This document shows positions 9,424 through 18,895 of a DNA stretch of 64,000 nt, one piece after another; the first letter of the stretch is position 1; the number at the start of each line of letters is the position of its first letter. This stretch comes from a virus (Duplodnaviria > Caudoviricetes). The translations under genes were made by a program, and so were the position numbers. The notes below the pieces were generated by a model. That model was not told the origin of the DNA, did no database searches, and worked only from the letters and a program-made list of their open reading frames with translations. The stretch is from the IMG/VR virus record IMGVR_UViG_3300020577_013934, positions 1 through 64,000 of that record. One strand, given 5' to 3'.

Positions 9424-9714
9424 ATGAACGCTACCAACCGGATGTTCGCCCTCGCCCGTTACTACAAGCTCATCTCGACGCTGGAGCTCGCGCTCAAGCG
9501 TTCCTTCCGCGACCGGGCCGTGGGCCTGGACGACATCGTGCGCGACGTGGGCATCGCGCACGCCTTCCACGCCGCGCAGAACACCGAGCACGCCGCGCTG
9601 CTCTACCACGCCGACCGCGCGGGCCGGTACGCCCTCAAAGTCGAGCGCCACGTCGACGTCGCGCACAACGCGCGGCGCCTGCACGAGTCGCTCGACCGCG
9701 CGGTGGCGGCGTGA
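9424..9714 (+). CDS. Hypothetical protein
   Basis: AAGGAG SD, ATG 9424. Confidence 0.8.
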   Translation: MNATNRMFALARYYKLISTLELALKRSFRDRAVGLDDIVRDVGIAHAFHAAQNTEHAALLYHADRAGRYALKVERHVDVAHNARRLHESLDRAVAA

Positions 9715-9992
9715 AGACCGACGCCCGCTTTGTCGCGCTCTGCGCCGCGCTCAAGGCGATAACCCGCAAGCGTCCCGTCGTCCGCACCGACGTGCTCGTC
9801 ACGTGCGCTGGGCGGATGCGCTGCGAGGCGTACATCGATCTGCTGGACCGCGAGACGCCCATCGTCATCGAGGTCGAGGGCGGCCTCTTCCCGATCCGCA
9901 TCTACGCGCGCGACATCACCGTCGCGCTCGCGGCGCTCAGCCGCTACGGCAGAGAGCGCGAAGAGCTTCACCAGCTCTTCGCGTTCGCGTAG
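9711..9992 (+). CDS. Hypothetical protein
   Basis: GTGA coupling; TAG stop. Confidence 0.7.
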   Translation: MKTDARFVALCAALKAITRKRPVVRTDVLVTCAGRMRCEAYIDLLDRETPIVIEVEGGLFPIRIYARDITVALAALSRYGREREELHQLFAFA

Positions 9993-10076
9993 GTTCTCCG
10001 CGCGGATGAACAACGCGACACAAGCCTTTCGATATGCTCGCAAGATGCGTTTCACGTCGTAGGTTGAGAGGGTGTC

Positions 10077-10108
10077 CCCGGGTCGTGAGACCCGGGGGCT
10101 TTTCTTTT
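10077..10108 (+). terminator. Rho-independent terminator
   Basis: CCCCGGGTC-GTGA-GACCCGGGG followed by CTTTTCTTTT. Confidence 0.85.
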
Positions 10109-10125
10109 GGCCGCCGTTTACCGTG

Positions 10126-10791
10126 TTACGTGATCTTGTGTGCAGCCATCAACGAAGATTGGTACATGCGGATCTGGTAGTCTCGCAGGACGCGATTGTA
10201 TGCGGCGACTTCGTGGTAGGTCGCATTGCTGTAGTTGTTCAGGTACGATCGCCCGAAGCGCATGACGCCGGTCGTGACTTGCGTGGGCCCTGACGCAACA
10301 CTGGTCCACGGCCCGCCGTTCACGGAGCTGCGTAGTGTCACGCCGTCGTGTGTGACGGTTACAAGTATCTTTTGGCCGAATGTGACGGAGTATGTATTGA
10401 CTTGGGCTGCGCCGTCCCAGTTGTATACGCCGATAGTGCCGCCGAGCCGTGCAAACACGCCGAAGTACCCTAACGAATCACTGAAGACACCGTCATTGGT
10501 GTACATCGTGCCGTTGTTGTTGGTGGCTGAGACTATGTTGACGACGAAAAACAGTGTCTTTGCGCTGGCACCGAAGAATGTCGCGAGCGACGACGCCGAC
10601 GTCGGAATGATACTCTGCGTTGTGCCGTTGGTGGTCGGAATACCACTCGCCACGCTGGGCGGCGTGGGCCCGTCGCCGAAGCTGATGCCGCCCGCGCGCG
10701 TCGTCCAGACGCCGCTTGTGTAGCCGTTGGGTCGCAGCCACAAGGTGCAGTTGGGGAAGTTGGTTGCGCGGCGTCGACGTTGGAAGATCAT
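10126..10791 (-). CDS. LamG/concanavalin-like domain virion accessory protein
   Basis: TLWLRP, beta-rich, ILVTVTHDG...SVNG and EVAAYNRVL motifs. Confidence 0.7.
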   Translation of the reverse strand: MIFQRRRRATNFPNCTLWLRPNGYTSGVWTTRAGGISFGDGPTPPSVASGIPTTNGTTQSIIPTSASSLATFFGASAKTLFFVVNIVSATNNNGTMYTNDGVFSDSLGYFGVFARLGGTIGVYNWDGAAQVNTYSVTFGQKILVTVTHDGVTLRSSVNGGPWTSVASGPTQVTTGVMRFGRSYLNNYSNATYHEVAAYNRVLRDYQIRMYQSSLMAAHKIT

Positions 10792-11864
10792 GCGATGAAC
10801 CACGAGGAGCCGTTGGAGTACAGGTCGATCGAGCCGTAACCTACCTCGATCGCGACGTTCGCGCTGCCCTCGATCGTGCCCGACGGCGGCTGGATCAGGA
10901 TCTGCACGGTCGGCGACGCTGACCCGGTCTCGTCTTTGATCTTGATCGGGAACATGCCGTTGACGGCCGATGCAGCGGGCAGCGTTAGCGTGCGCGTCGC
11001 GGTCAGCCCCGTGACGCGAACGAGATTCGCCGTCACGGCGATCGTCGCGTCGGTGTCGTTGACACTCTGCTGGCGAAACACGAGGCCGGTGTTGATGTTT
11101 GCGGGCTTGCCCGTGTTCGCGTCACCGATCTGAAGGGTGTCGGTATTATCTAATCCGATGAGGATTCTTAGATTCGTACCGGCACTGTCCTGTGAGAGAA
11201 CCGGGACGAAATTTTTGAGCAGGATGCTCCCCCCGATGCCGGCTGATAGATTGGTACCGAGATCGAGCGCGCCGTCAGTCTGTACGGTGATGCGTGTGAC
11301 GCTGTTGATCTGGAGCCGGTATTGGTATGACGTTGGAACGTTGAATGTGAGGTTGTCGACGCCAGCGATCGTGCCCGGCGTGCTGACGATCAAGCCGTCC
11401 AAGAACGTCTTCGTCCCGCTGAACGACTGTGCTCCTGACGTAACGACACCTGTTTGGCCGCTGCCAGCTGGATTGACTGCGACTGTGACGTTGCCGGAAA
11501 GTGCAACGGGGGTGTTTACGCCGTTCACAGTCACCGGTGAAGTTCCGGTGACTGTTCGACTTGGGGGTACTGCGTTGGTGTCGACGTAGTTTTTCGTCGC
11601 CGCGTCGCTGTTGGCAGAGGGTGGACCCAAGTTGATGACACGGAATCCGCCGAGGCTTTGATCTCCTGTAAAAGGCACGGTGCCGTCGGCCAGGATTACA
11701 CCGCTCGGTGCGGCGGCGTCGACGTAGCCCTTTGTCGCTGCATCGCTGATTGCAGCAGGTGTCGCCAGTCCCGTAAGTCGCTGATTGCCGACGTTCCAAA
11801 TACTCGTCAGCGGTGTTGAGCCGTCGATGCGGACGAAACCTTGAGGGGATCGACTGACAAACAT
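10788..11864 (-). CDS. Tail fibre-like protein
   Basis: Two DAATKxYVD fibre repeats, T/G-rich, TRTLTLPAAS...IKIKDE C-terminus; TACACT 5 nt upstream of ATG. Confidence 0.75.
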   Translation of the reverse strand: MFVSRSPQGFVRIDGSTPLTSIWNVGNQRLTGLATPAAISDAATKGYVDAAAPSGVILADGTVPFTGDQSLGGFRVINLGPPSANSDAATKNYVDTNAVPPSRTVTGTSPVTVNGVNTPVALSGNVTVAVNPAGSGQTGVVTSGAQSFSGTKTFLDGLIVSTPGTIAGVDNLTFNVPTSYQYRLQINSVTRITVQTDGALDLGTNLSAGIGGSILLKNFVPVLSQDSAGTNLRILIGLDNTDTLQIGDANTGKPANINTGLVFRQQSVNDTDATIAVTANLVRVTGLTATRTLTLPAASAVNGMFPIKIKDETGSASPTVQILIQPPSGTIEGSANVAIEVGYGSIDLYSNGSSWFIA

Positions 11865-11956
11865 ACTCAAGTGTAAGCAGCTCCAATCTTTTGCGACCTA
11901 TGTTCTGTATGTCGCTTGGACCTTCGTCTGTTGCGTATATTTCACAAGGAGTCTTC

Positions 11957-12511
11957 ATGCGCCTCATCGAGACGATCAAAAGCCGTACAGCACTTGCCAT
12001 TGGCGCAGCGATGCGCAACGCGCTCAATGAACTTCTTCCTATTGGTCGTGCTTCGCTGAACATCAAGCACCAGCGTGTACGCCGTAAAGGTGAACTCTAC
12101 GTCCTGGAAGATGTGGGGCCTGAAGAGAAGGTATGGAATCTCATCACCAACGCAGGGCGCGACTACCTGCATCTTCAGGGTTACGGGACGGCAGGGCTCG
12201 GAACCAACGGGCTGAACTACATCGCGCTGTCGAATGACACTGTTACGGAAACGTCAGCATCAACCACGCTGTCCAACGAGATCACGCTCAATGGTCTTGG
12301 GCGTGCGCAAGGGACATATGCCCATACGGCAGGAACCAACACAACGACACTCTCGCGTGTGTTTACAGCGTCTGGTACTCAAAGCGCACAGAAAGCAGCT
12401 CTTTTCACGGCTTCTTCGTCAGGCACGATGAACCACGTCCTCGGATTTACGCAGCGTTCTTTGATCTCGGGGGACACGTTGTCTCTCACATTCACGATTA
12501 CATTGGGTTGA
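11957..12511 (+). CDS. Putative tail/baseplate-associated structural protein
   Basis: AAGGAG SD; NLITNAG, YIALS, LFTASSSGTM and GDTLSLTFTI motifs typical of phage tail-fibre-associated proteins. Confidence 0.7.
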   Translation: MRLIETIKSRTALAIGAAMRNALNELLPIGRASLNIKHQRVRRKGELYVLEDVGPEEKVWNLITNAGRDYLHLQGYGTAGLGTNGLNYIALSNDTVTETSASTTLSNEITLNGLGRAQGTYAHTAGTNTTTLSRVFTASGTQSAQKAALFTASSSGTMNHVLGFTQRSLISGDTLSLTFTITLG

Positions 12512-12513
12512 TC

Positions 12514-12903
12514 ATGGTTGTGTCCGAGATCTACGGTTTATGGCACAAAGCAAACATCGAAAACGCCGCAGGCTTGGTTGTCCTTACACCCAGCGGTGTT
12601 GTGGTTTGGTGGGTAGATGGTGTGCTCGAACAGATTGAGGGGGGGACTGTCGTCGAGGCGATTCGCATCGCTTATGGCGAGCAGTACGTTGCGCGTGAGA
12701 CACAACTGCTCCAGGTTGTGCGATACATGATCAAAGAAACGTCCTCGGATGAACCCAAAGGGTTCGCGTATTGTTTTCCTGGTGCGCAAGTCGTCATCGC
12801 TTGGAACGACAAGACGCTTGAGGTGTGGGACAAAGATGCAAAACTGGATGCGGTTCTCGCCCAGTATGCTTTTCAATTTACTTTCCAGTGTTTGGACCAA
12901 TGA
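12514..12903 (+). CDS. Hypothetical protein
   Basis: 129-aa ORF tightly packed in the operon. Confidence 0.7.
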   Translation: MVVSEIYGLWHKANIENAAGLVVLTPSGVVVWWVDGVLEQIEGGTVVEAIRIAYGEQYVARETQLLQVVRYMIKETSSDEPKGFAYCFPGAQVVIAWNDKTLEVWDKDAKLDAVLAQYAFQFTFQCLDQ

Positions 12904-14030
12904 ACACCATCACCACGCAGAAGTCGCGTTCCAATCCTTCCGCTATCACCGCTACACAGCTTGCTGCGATTGACGCTGTGCGGGGAATCGATCGGCTGTT
13001 ACCTATTATGCACGGTCGGCGCGTGGTTGGCGCGACTTTTGCGCCTCCTTGGTGGCTTTGTGCCACTAAGCCGGAGTTGTTTCCCGATGATGTGTTGTTT
13101 AAACCCCTCGATATGAGTTTGGAGCAATATCAGAAGTGGGCGGGGTTTCTGTCGTACGACGCGATTATCAACGCGATCAGCACGAATGGGGCTTTTTTTC
13201 CTGCGAAGTTCTCGAAGGGCGCGACAACAGCACCAGTGGCGAACAACTGGTACGATCTTTGGCCTGTCGGAGGCTCTCCGGCTGCGGGTGCTTATGCAGG
13301 CGCCGCTTTCACCGCCGTGCAATTCTCGGACGCCACATCTGGCGCCCTTTATCACGCAGGAAACCAGTCACCAAGTACCAAACACTTGATCTCGATGGAT
13401 GCGCGCTCGACGGGTGGTACTCCAACGTTGATTCTGTATGATCGCGTTCTGACATACGAGGCGTGCACGTTTAACGCAAGCGTCAATCAAGCGATGACGA
13501 ATACGCTTGCCGCTCAGCGCTACATCAGCTCGGGTCAACCGGGGTTGAAGATCATCACGACGTGTCAGACTGTATTCGGCGCAACAGCCTCGAACTTCAC
13601 ACAGCTTCAGTACACTGATCAAGCTGGAAACACGCTCCAATCTATGCCCGTGGCCGCGTTTAACGCGATCATTGTCAGCGCAGCGGCGCCAACGACCACG
13701 CTTGGGGCCCGTGTTGTTTCACCCAGCAACACAGCTGCAACTTTGACGCAAGGTCCGTTCATGCCCCTGGCAGTTGGCGACGGAGGTGTTCGCTTGATTG
13801 CCAACTATACTACGTCGGCGGCAAACACTGGGACCATGGCGTTTGTTCTGGGGGCCCCTCTGGCGACGATTCCAATTCAGGTGGCGGGCGTGACCACCCT
13901 CATTGACATGGTTCAGCAACTTATTGGGTTGTACCGAGTCTTCGATGGCGCTTGTTTGTCTTTCCTTGCCTTTTTTCCGGCCGCTACTGCATCTACTTTC
14001 GACGGGTCCGTTAACTTTGCTTGGGGCTAA
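12900..14030 (+). CDS. Putative virion structural protein (beta-rich)
   Basis: ATGA coupling; 376 aa. Confidence 0.8.
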   Translation: MNTITTQKSRSNPSAITATQLAAIDAVRGIDRLLPIMHGRRVVGATFAPPWWLCATKPELFPDDVLFKPLDMSLEQYQKWAGFLSYDAIINAISTNGAFFPAKFSKGATTAPVANNWYDLWPVGGSPAAGAYAGAAFTAVQFSDATSGALYHAGNQSPSTKHLISMDARSTGGTPTLILYDRVLTYEACTFNASVNQAMTNTLAAQRYISSGQPGLKIITTCQTVFGATASNFTQLQYTDQAGNTLQSMPVAAFNAIIVSAAAPTTTLGARVVSPSNTAATLTQGPFMPLAVGDGGVRLIANYTTSAANTGTMAFVLGAPLATIPIQVAGVTTLIDMVQQLIGLYRVFDGACLSFLAFFPAATASTFDGSVNFAWG

Positions 14031-14033
14031 TCT

Positions 14034-15338
14034 GTGCCGCGTATTCGAGGCTATCCTGGCGGAACGCTGATCCTCTCGTTTGATAGAGGCTTCGTCGGGT
14101 GGTCTGAACGACGCGGAGATATGTTCGTAGGCAACCAAGGTGTGCCTGCGTCGAGCACGTACAAGTATCGGTTGCCGCTAAAGTCGCCGAACTCAACGAA
14201 TTACAACGAAGCCGTTAATGAAACGCTGACGCTGTCAGGCGCTTTGTTGACGAAGCTTGACGCCCTCCAGGGCCTTAATGCGTCCGTCGCTTTCAGCGAA
14301 GGTTTGGTTGTTCTTTATTCAGCCGTTCGGGGACTTTCAGAGACATTGACATTGTCAGAAGCCTTGAGCGCTGAGCTTGTGTCTGTCCTTGCTCTAGCTG
14401 AAACGGTTTCCGGTACTGAGGCACTTAGTGCCGCGTTGGGTAGTGTTGTGTCACTAACGGAAACATTGACGACAAGCGAACTCCTCGCTGCTGTTGGCAG
14501 TGTGATTGTGGGCCTTGCGGAAACAATTTCCGCCGTTGAATTGTTGTCGGTAGTACGTGGGGTTGTAAGTTTTTTGGCAGACACTGTAACACTCGACGAA
14601 GTGACGAGTGTTAGCTACAGCGCTATTCCACAGATTTTGGAGACCATTGGTGCAACAGAATCGCTTGTTGGGCAATTCTCCACAACGGGTACTATTGTTG
14701 AAACTGTTAGCGTAACGGAAGCGTTTTCCGCTGGCATCTTGTTTTTGACTTCGGTCTTTGAGCTTGTAACTCTTACAGAAGACCTTGCTACTACTTTTGC
14801 AGGGTTTCAGACCTTCTTTGAACCTGTGCTTCTCGCGGAGACTTTGCAGACGTCACGAAGTGTGTCGGTGGTATTGAATACCGCCGTGCTTCTGCTGGAG
14901 ACGCTTGCAACTCAGCTATCGGTGGGCGTTCAGATGTCTGCTTTGGTTCCGTGGGCTACAACGCTACTGCCTTCGTTCTCTACTTTCGTTCCACTGGTTG
15001 AAACGTTGCCGTCTTTTGACAGTATTGAAGCGCGTTTAGCGGCTGCATCGCAGTTGTCGACGCAGGTACTGGTTGTTGATGTTTTGAGCTCTACGTTTGA
15101 CGGGTTTCAACTTCTTGAAGAAACGTTTCAGTATCAAGAGCAACTGGGTACGCGTTACACCATTACGCTTCCGTTGGTTGTAGGTGTTGGCTGGTACGCC
15201 GACGTGGATGGATTTAGCTTGCGTTCGTCCACGACGCGAAAGCTGGATTCTGGCGAAGCTCCATTGCGAACAAGTGGAGGGCATTTAATCCTTCCTGTTC
15301 TCAAAAAGCCTATTCGCAAGTTGAAGGATGGTGCGTGA
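14034..15338 (+). CDS. Repeat-rich putative fibre protein (about 18-aa ET(L/I)xxxE repeats)
   Basis: About 20 imperfect repeats such as ETLTLSEALSAELVSVLALA. Confidence 0.75.
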   Translation: MPRIRGYPGGTLILSFDRGFVGWSERRGDMFVGNQGVPASSTYKYRLPLKSPNSTNYNEAVNETLTLSGALLTKLDALQGLNASVAFSEGLVVLYSAVRGLSETLTLSEALSAELVSVLALAETVSGTEALSAALGSVVSLTETLTTSELLAAVGSVIVGLAETISAVELLSVVRGVVSFLADTVTLDEVTSVSYSAIPQILETIGATESLVGQFSTTGTIVETVSVTEAFSAGILFLTSVFELVTLTEDLATTFAGFQTFFEPVLLAETLQTSRSVSVVLNTAVLLLETLATQLSVGVQMSALVPWATTLLPSFSTFVPLVETLPSFDSIEARLAAASQLSTQVLVVDVLSSTFDGFQLLEETFQYQEQLGTRYTITLPLVVGVGWYADVDGFSLRSSTTRKLDSGEAPLRTSGGHLILPVLKKPIRKLKDGA

Positions 15339-15892
15339 TGGCTACGGGTGTGCGGATCTACTGGGAAGCCGATACAGACCCTGATGTGCAGAATTACGAG
15401 ATTCGTCGAGGGCCGCAAGAGGGGCAACCTATTGTCCTGTTGCAGGTCGTTCCTCATGCGATTCCGGGCCTTAATTGGTCTGCGACGAAAAATAGATTCT
15501 TTTACGACGACCCACAAGGGGGTCCCGTGAACGTCTATCAGGTTACGGCTGTTTCTTCTGGTGGGGTGGCGATCGGCCAGACAGATGTCTTTACGCCGTT
15601 TGGTCCGACGGCTGCGACACCAATGAAGATTGCCGTGGATCACAACTATGGAGGGCCAGACGCTCTCCGGTTTGTGACCGAGAGTGGTGTTGGTATTCCA
15701 GACGCAGATGTGCGTGTGTACACCAAACCCGATTATGACGCGGGACGTTTTGCAGCGCCTATGTATGTTGTTCAGACAGATGACCAAGGACGCTGGCGCC
15801 GACCTGCGTTCTTGGATGCAGGGTTGGATTACGTCCTTTTGATGGAGAAACGTAGCGCTTACGTGAGTCAACCTACGCAGATCACTGTTTGA
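15338..15892 (+). CDS. Putative structural protein with Fn3/Ig-like and carboxypeptidase-regulatory-like domains
   Basis: IYWEAD..DVQNYEIRRG, YQVTAVS, GIPDADVRVY, TDDQGRW motifs. Confidence 0.7.
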   Translation: MATGVRIYWEADTDPDVQNYEIRRGPQEGQPIVLLQVVPHAIPGLNWSATKNRFFYDDPQGGPVNVYQVTAVSSGGVAIGQTDVFTPFGPTAATPMKIAVDHNYGGPDALRFVTESGVGIPDADVRVYTKPDYDAGRFAAPMYVVQTDDQGRWRRPAFLDAGLDYVLLMEKRSAYVSQPTQITV

Positions 15893-15942
15893 GGTTCAGG
15901 CACAATAGCGCTGAGCCGGCTGTTAATGCCGCGCGGGGAACT

Positions 15943-16017
15943 TGGCGGGACGGGAGGGAGTCGAACCCACGACCATCGGGTTAACGGCCCGATGCTCTGC
16001 CACTGAGCTACCGCCCC
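15943..16017 (-). tRNA. tRNA-Asn(GTT), CCA encoded
   Basis: Cloverleaf GGGGCGG/CCGTCCC; anticodon loop CC-GTT-AA; TTCGACT T-loop. Confidence 0.9.
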
Positions 16018-16129
16018 GAAAAGCGTTCGCTGCCGGAGCATTGGCCCCGGCGGTGCGATTCTTTGAGGTGGCGAGCAAGATGGACATGGATTCGTCTCTA
16101 TCACTCAAGATAGAGGGACGTAAATACGT

Positions 16130-16543
16130 GTGTCGAGCAAAAAACACGCCACACGCATTTACGTCACGGACGTGCCTTTGTGTTATTCTGTGTTCGTGAG
16201 CTACGCAGCCAACAAGCTCTACGTCGACGGACTGAAAGCCGAGTCTTGCACCGATTGCGGGCGCTCGTTCCCGTCGGACGCGATGGACTTTGACCATGTG
16301 CGCGGCGTGAAGGGCGCAAACATCTCGGACTTGCTTGGCGGCTCGCGAGCCCGGCTTGAAACAGAGTTGCTGAAGTGCGAGCTGGTTTGCGCGACGTGCC
16401 ACCGGCAGCGCGAGATGACTCGCCGGCTCGATGCGCATGTCGACGCCGCTGACGCATTTGACGCGGATGCGGCGCTACTTGAGGCGGGCGGACGCTTCGC
16501 GGGCCTGTTCGAGGCTAGAGCCGATACGCTTGAAAAGGGCTGA
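16130..16543 (+). CDS. HNH-like endonuclease (start uncertain)
   Basis: CTDCG..MDFDH...KCELVCATCHRQR motif. Confidence 0.75.
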   Translation: MSSKKHATRIYVTDVPLCYSVFVSYAANKLYVDGLKAESCTDCGRSFPSDAMDFDHVRGVKGANISDLLGGSRARLETELLKCELVCATCHRQREMTRRLDAHVDAADAFDADAALLEAGGRFAGLFEARADTLEKG

Positions 16544-16797
16544 TGGAGTATATACGTCATCCTCGGCGCGACCCTGGAGCACGGCCTCGGCCTTGGCGTG
16601 GCAGTCGTCCTCGGTGTCGCAGAGCGTGACGCCGTTGGCGGCAACGTAGCTCCCGTTGGGCATGTCCTCGCGGGGGTGGATGTGGTGGGCGTCGAGCGGT
16701 ACGCCCGTGGCGCCGCGTCGCGCAGCATGCGCACGAGCTCGGCGTGGAACGGGTTGCGCCAGCTGGTGGCGACGTAGATCTGGATCTTGTCGGTCAT
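16475..16797 (-). pseudogene. Chimeric deletion remnant: nucleoside 2-deoxyribosyltransferase-like N-terminus joined out of frame to an HNH C-terminus
   Basis: MTDKIQIYVATSWRNPFHAELVRMLRDA then, in another frame, GATGVPLDAHHIHPREDMPNGSYVAANGVTLC..CHAKAE. Confidence 0.65.
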
Positions 16798-16949
16798 CGC
16801 GCAAGGGCCTCCTTCGCCTTCTGTTTGTTCTTGAAGCACGTGCCGCACTTTACCTTGGATGCGTCGCGCACGAGGTTGCGGGGCTCGAAGTGGCCGCACT
16901 CCAGTCGGAGCCAGCGGCAGCCGCGTTCGTCGACGCCCACGGCGAGCAC
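16794..16949 (-). CDS. Small Cys-motif protein (ECGH...CGTC); start uncertain
   Basis: Open frame coupled to ATG 16797. Confidence 0.45.
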   Translation of the reverse strand: MLAVGVDERGCRWLRLECGHFEPRNLVRDASKVKCGTCFKNKQKAKEALAR

Positions 16950-17010
16950 GGCGCGCAGGGCCCCTGGAGCGAGGCCACCTGCATCGTGCCGGGATGCGAC
17001 CGGCTGGCCA

Positions 17011-17559
17011 TCAGCGCAGCAGGCCGTGCTTGAGCAGCACGCCGCGCACGACCGAGTGGAAGATCGTGTCCTTGAGGCGCTGCGCGGGCGGCAGCTGGTC
17101 GTGCGGCAGGAAGCAGGGGTGGGTCTTCTTGATCGGGTCCTCGACCTCGCCGTAGCTCCAGTCATGCTGCGCCTTGAACGTCAGCCAGCCCTCGTGGCTT
17201 GTCTCGGGCGAGTTGCCCGCGAGGATGCCCGTGACGCCGGAGCGCACGCTGTTGCGCAGTTCCTCGGGGCACTCCTCCCACGCCGGCTTGACGGCCTCGC
17301 CGAGCGCCTTGCGGTACTCGTTGTTGACGGTGTGCGCGGTCTTGGCGGCCAGCTCGATCACGTCCTGCTTGTCCATCGGTTCGGTCCTCTCGCGGTGCTC
17401 CACGAACTTGTGGAGGTACTCTCGTCGGTACGCTTCGAGCGTGGGGTAGTCAACGTTGAAGACCTTGGCGACGTACCGCACGTCGTCCCACGCCATGTCG
17501 CAGTCGAGCGAGGCGAGGAGCTGGACGCGGACGTGGCGCGGAATCTGGAGTCCGTACAT
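17011..17559 (-). CDS. RyR-domain protein
   Basis: PETSHEGW..K..HDWSYG..DPIKKTHPCFLPHDQLPPAQRLKD. Confidence 0.85.
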   Translation of the reverse strand: MYGLQIPRHVRVQLLASLDCDMAWDDVRYVAKVFNVDYPTLEAYRREYLHKFVEHRERTEPMDKQDVIELAAKTAHTVNNEYRKALGEAVKPAWEECPEELRNSVRSGVTGILAGNSPETSHEGWLTFKAQHDWSYGEVEDPIKKTHPCFLPHDQLPPAQRLKDTIFHSVVRGVLLKHGLLR

Positions 17560-17561
17560 GA

Positions 17562-17593
17562 TACTTGACCAAGTTTACCCCGTAACGGAAACT
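17562..17593. promoter_or_regulatory. Divergent promoter region with palindrome ACTTG-AC-CAAGT
   Basis: Between divergent genes 17559(-) and 17603(+); TTGACC-17-GAAACT. Confidence 0.6.
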
Positions 17594-17602
17594 ACTCCAA
17601 CC

Positions 17603-18160
17603 ATGAACCTCACCAACCAGCCCGCCTATCAGGCTCGCCACCCCAAGTCCGTTCTCGTCACGCCGGAGTTTCCGCACGGCGCGGCGGCGCTCAACGCGCT
17701 GTTCGCCAACGACGCGTGGGAGCGCGACGAGGACATCAACGACACGATCGGCGAGGAGGTCGATCTGTCCACGGACGAGGCTCTCAAGAACTTCCACGCA
17801 GGCCCCGGCGAAAAGACCAGCCATCGCCTGCGCTGGCGCGCGCCGATCGAGACGCTGCGCGGGCCGTGCTCGCTCTGGAAGGAGACGCACGAGGTGACCA
17901 GCACGCAGACGGCGCTCATGGCCACGCTGCGCGAGCGCCGGAACGAGGCGCCGCCTGCGTCCGTCGACGACGCGGAGCGCCCGGCCGAGGCGCCGCCGCT
18001 CCCGAAGTCCTATACGGCGTACAAGCTCGTCTGCGAGGTCGACAACCTGCTCGACGGTGACTTCCAGACGCTCACGCGCATCGCCGACCGCCACAACTGC
18101 TCGCTCGGCGCCGAGGCGCTGGGCGACAAGGTGCTGCTTCAGCTCGCGTTCGTGCGATGA
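17603..18160 (+). CDS. Hypothetical protein
   Basis: 185 aa, GC3 bias. Confidence 0.8.
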   Translation: MNLTNQPAYQARHPKSVLVTPEFPHGAAALNALFANDAWERDEDINDTIGEEVDLSTDEALKNFHAGPGEKTSHRLRWRAPIETLRGPCSLWKETHEVTSTQTALMATLRERRNEAPPASVDDAERPAEAPPLPKSYTAYKLVCEVDNLLDGDFQTLTRIADRHNCSLGAEALGDKVLLQLAFVR

Positions 18161-18570
18161 TCACCCGCGACGCCCAGTTCTACCGTCGCGCGCTCGCCGA
18201 TCTCCAGGGCGCCAAGCCGACCCTCGCGTGGATCACGCGGTACTGGGCTCCCGACGGCTCCGACCCGGTGCGCCGCGCGTGGGACGCGTGCTGCGACCCG
18301 GCCGCGCTGCTCGACCTGCTGCGCGCGCTGCGGCAGCCCGTCTACGTCCGGCTCCAGGACCGCTACGTCGACGGGCAGGGCGTGCAGACGGAGGTCAGCG
18401 TGGCCGAGCGCTTCGCGGCGGTGACGCGCACGCCGGCCGGCTTCGAGATCGACCACCTCGGCCTGCTCACGATCGTGCTGCCCACGGTCTGCGACCTGAT
18501 CCGCTTCCTGCACCCGGCACCGAACCTGGACATGTTCCTCGACGGAACGCTTTCGCTCGGCGACGCCTGA
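18157..18570 (+). CDS. Hypothetical protein
   Basis: ATGA coupling. Confidence 0.8.
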   Translation: MITRDAQFYRRALADLQGAKPTLAWITRYWAPDGSDPVRRAWDACCDPAALLDLLRALRQPVYVRLQDRYVDGQGVQTEVSVAERFAAVTRTPAGFEIDHLGLLTIVLPTVCDLIRFLHPAPNLDMFLDGTLSLGDA

Positions 18571-18603
18571 CGGTATCTTCCCCAACCAGGAGACATCCAC
18601 ACC

Positions 18604-18801
18604 ATGCTCGAACTCAAGATCCAGCTCAAGATCGGCAAGAACGTCTACTCGATCTCCAAGGTCGGCGACAAGGTCACGTACTGGTCCCTCGCCAGCAACA
18701 AGAAGCTCGGGCGGCAGGTCGCCAGCAAGGTCGAGGACGCGGCGAGTCTCAAGAAGCTCCAAGCGGTCTACGCCAAGATCGAGAAGGCAGCTGCTGCCTG
18801 A
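18604..18801 (+). CDS. Hypothetical basic protein
   Basis: AGGAG SD; 65 aa. Confidence 0.8.
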   Translation: MLELKIQLKIGKNVYSISKVGDKVTYWSLASNKKLGRQVASKVEDAASLKKLQAVYAKIEKAAAA

Positions 18802-18839
18802 GAACTCGCGCGCCGCGCGCGGTACAAGGGTGCGTTCGA

Positions 18840-18884
18840 GCGTGTGGCTCGCGGGCATGGCGCTCGCGAGCCACACGCGTTTTC
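18840..18884 (+). terminator. 14-bp hairpin plus short U tract (terminator or RNase processing site)
   Basis: GCGTGTGGCTCGCG / CGCGAGCCACACGC then GTTTT. Confidence 0.6.
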
Positions 18885-18895
18885 GGAGGAACGCC

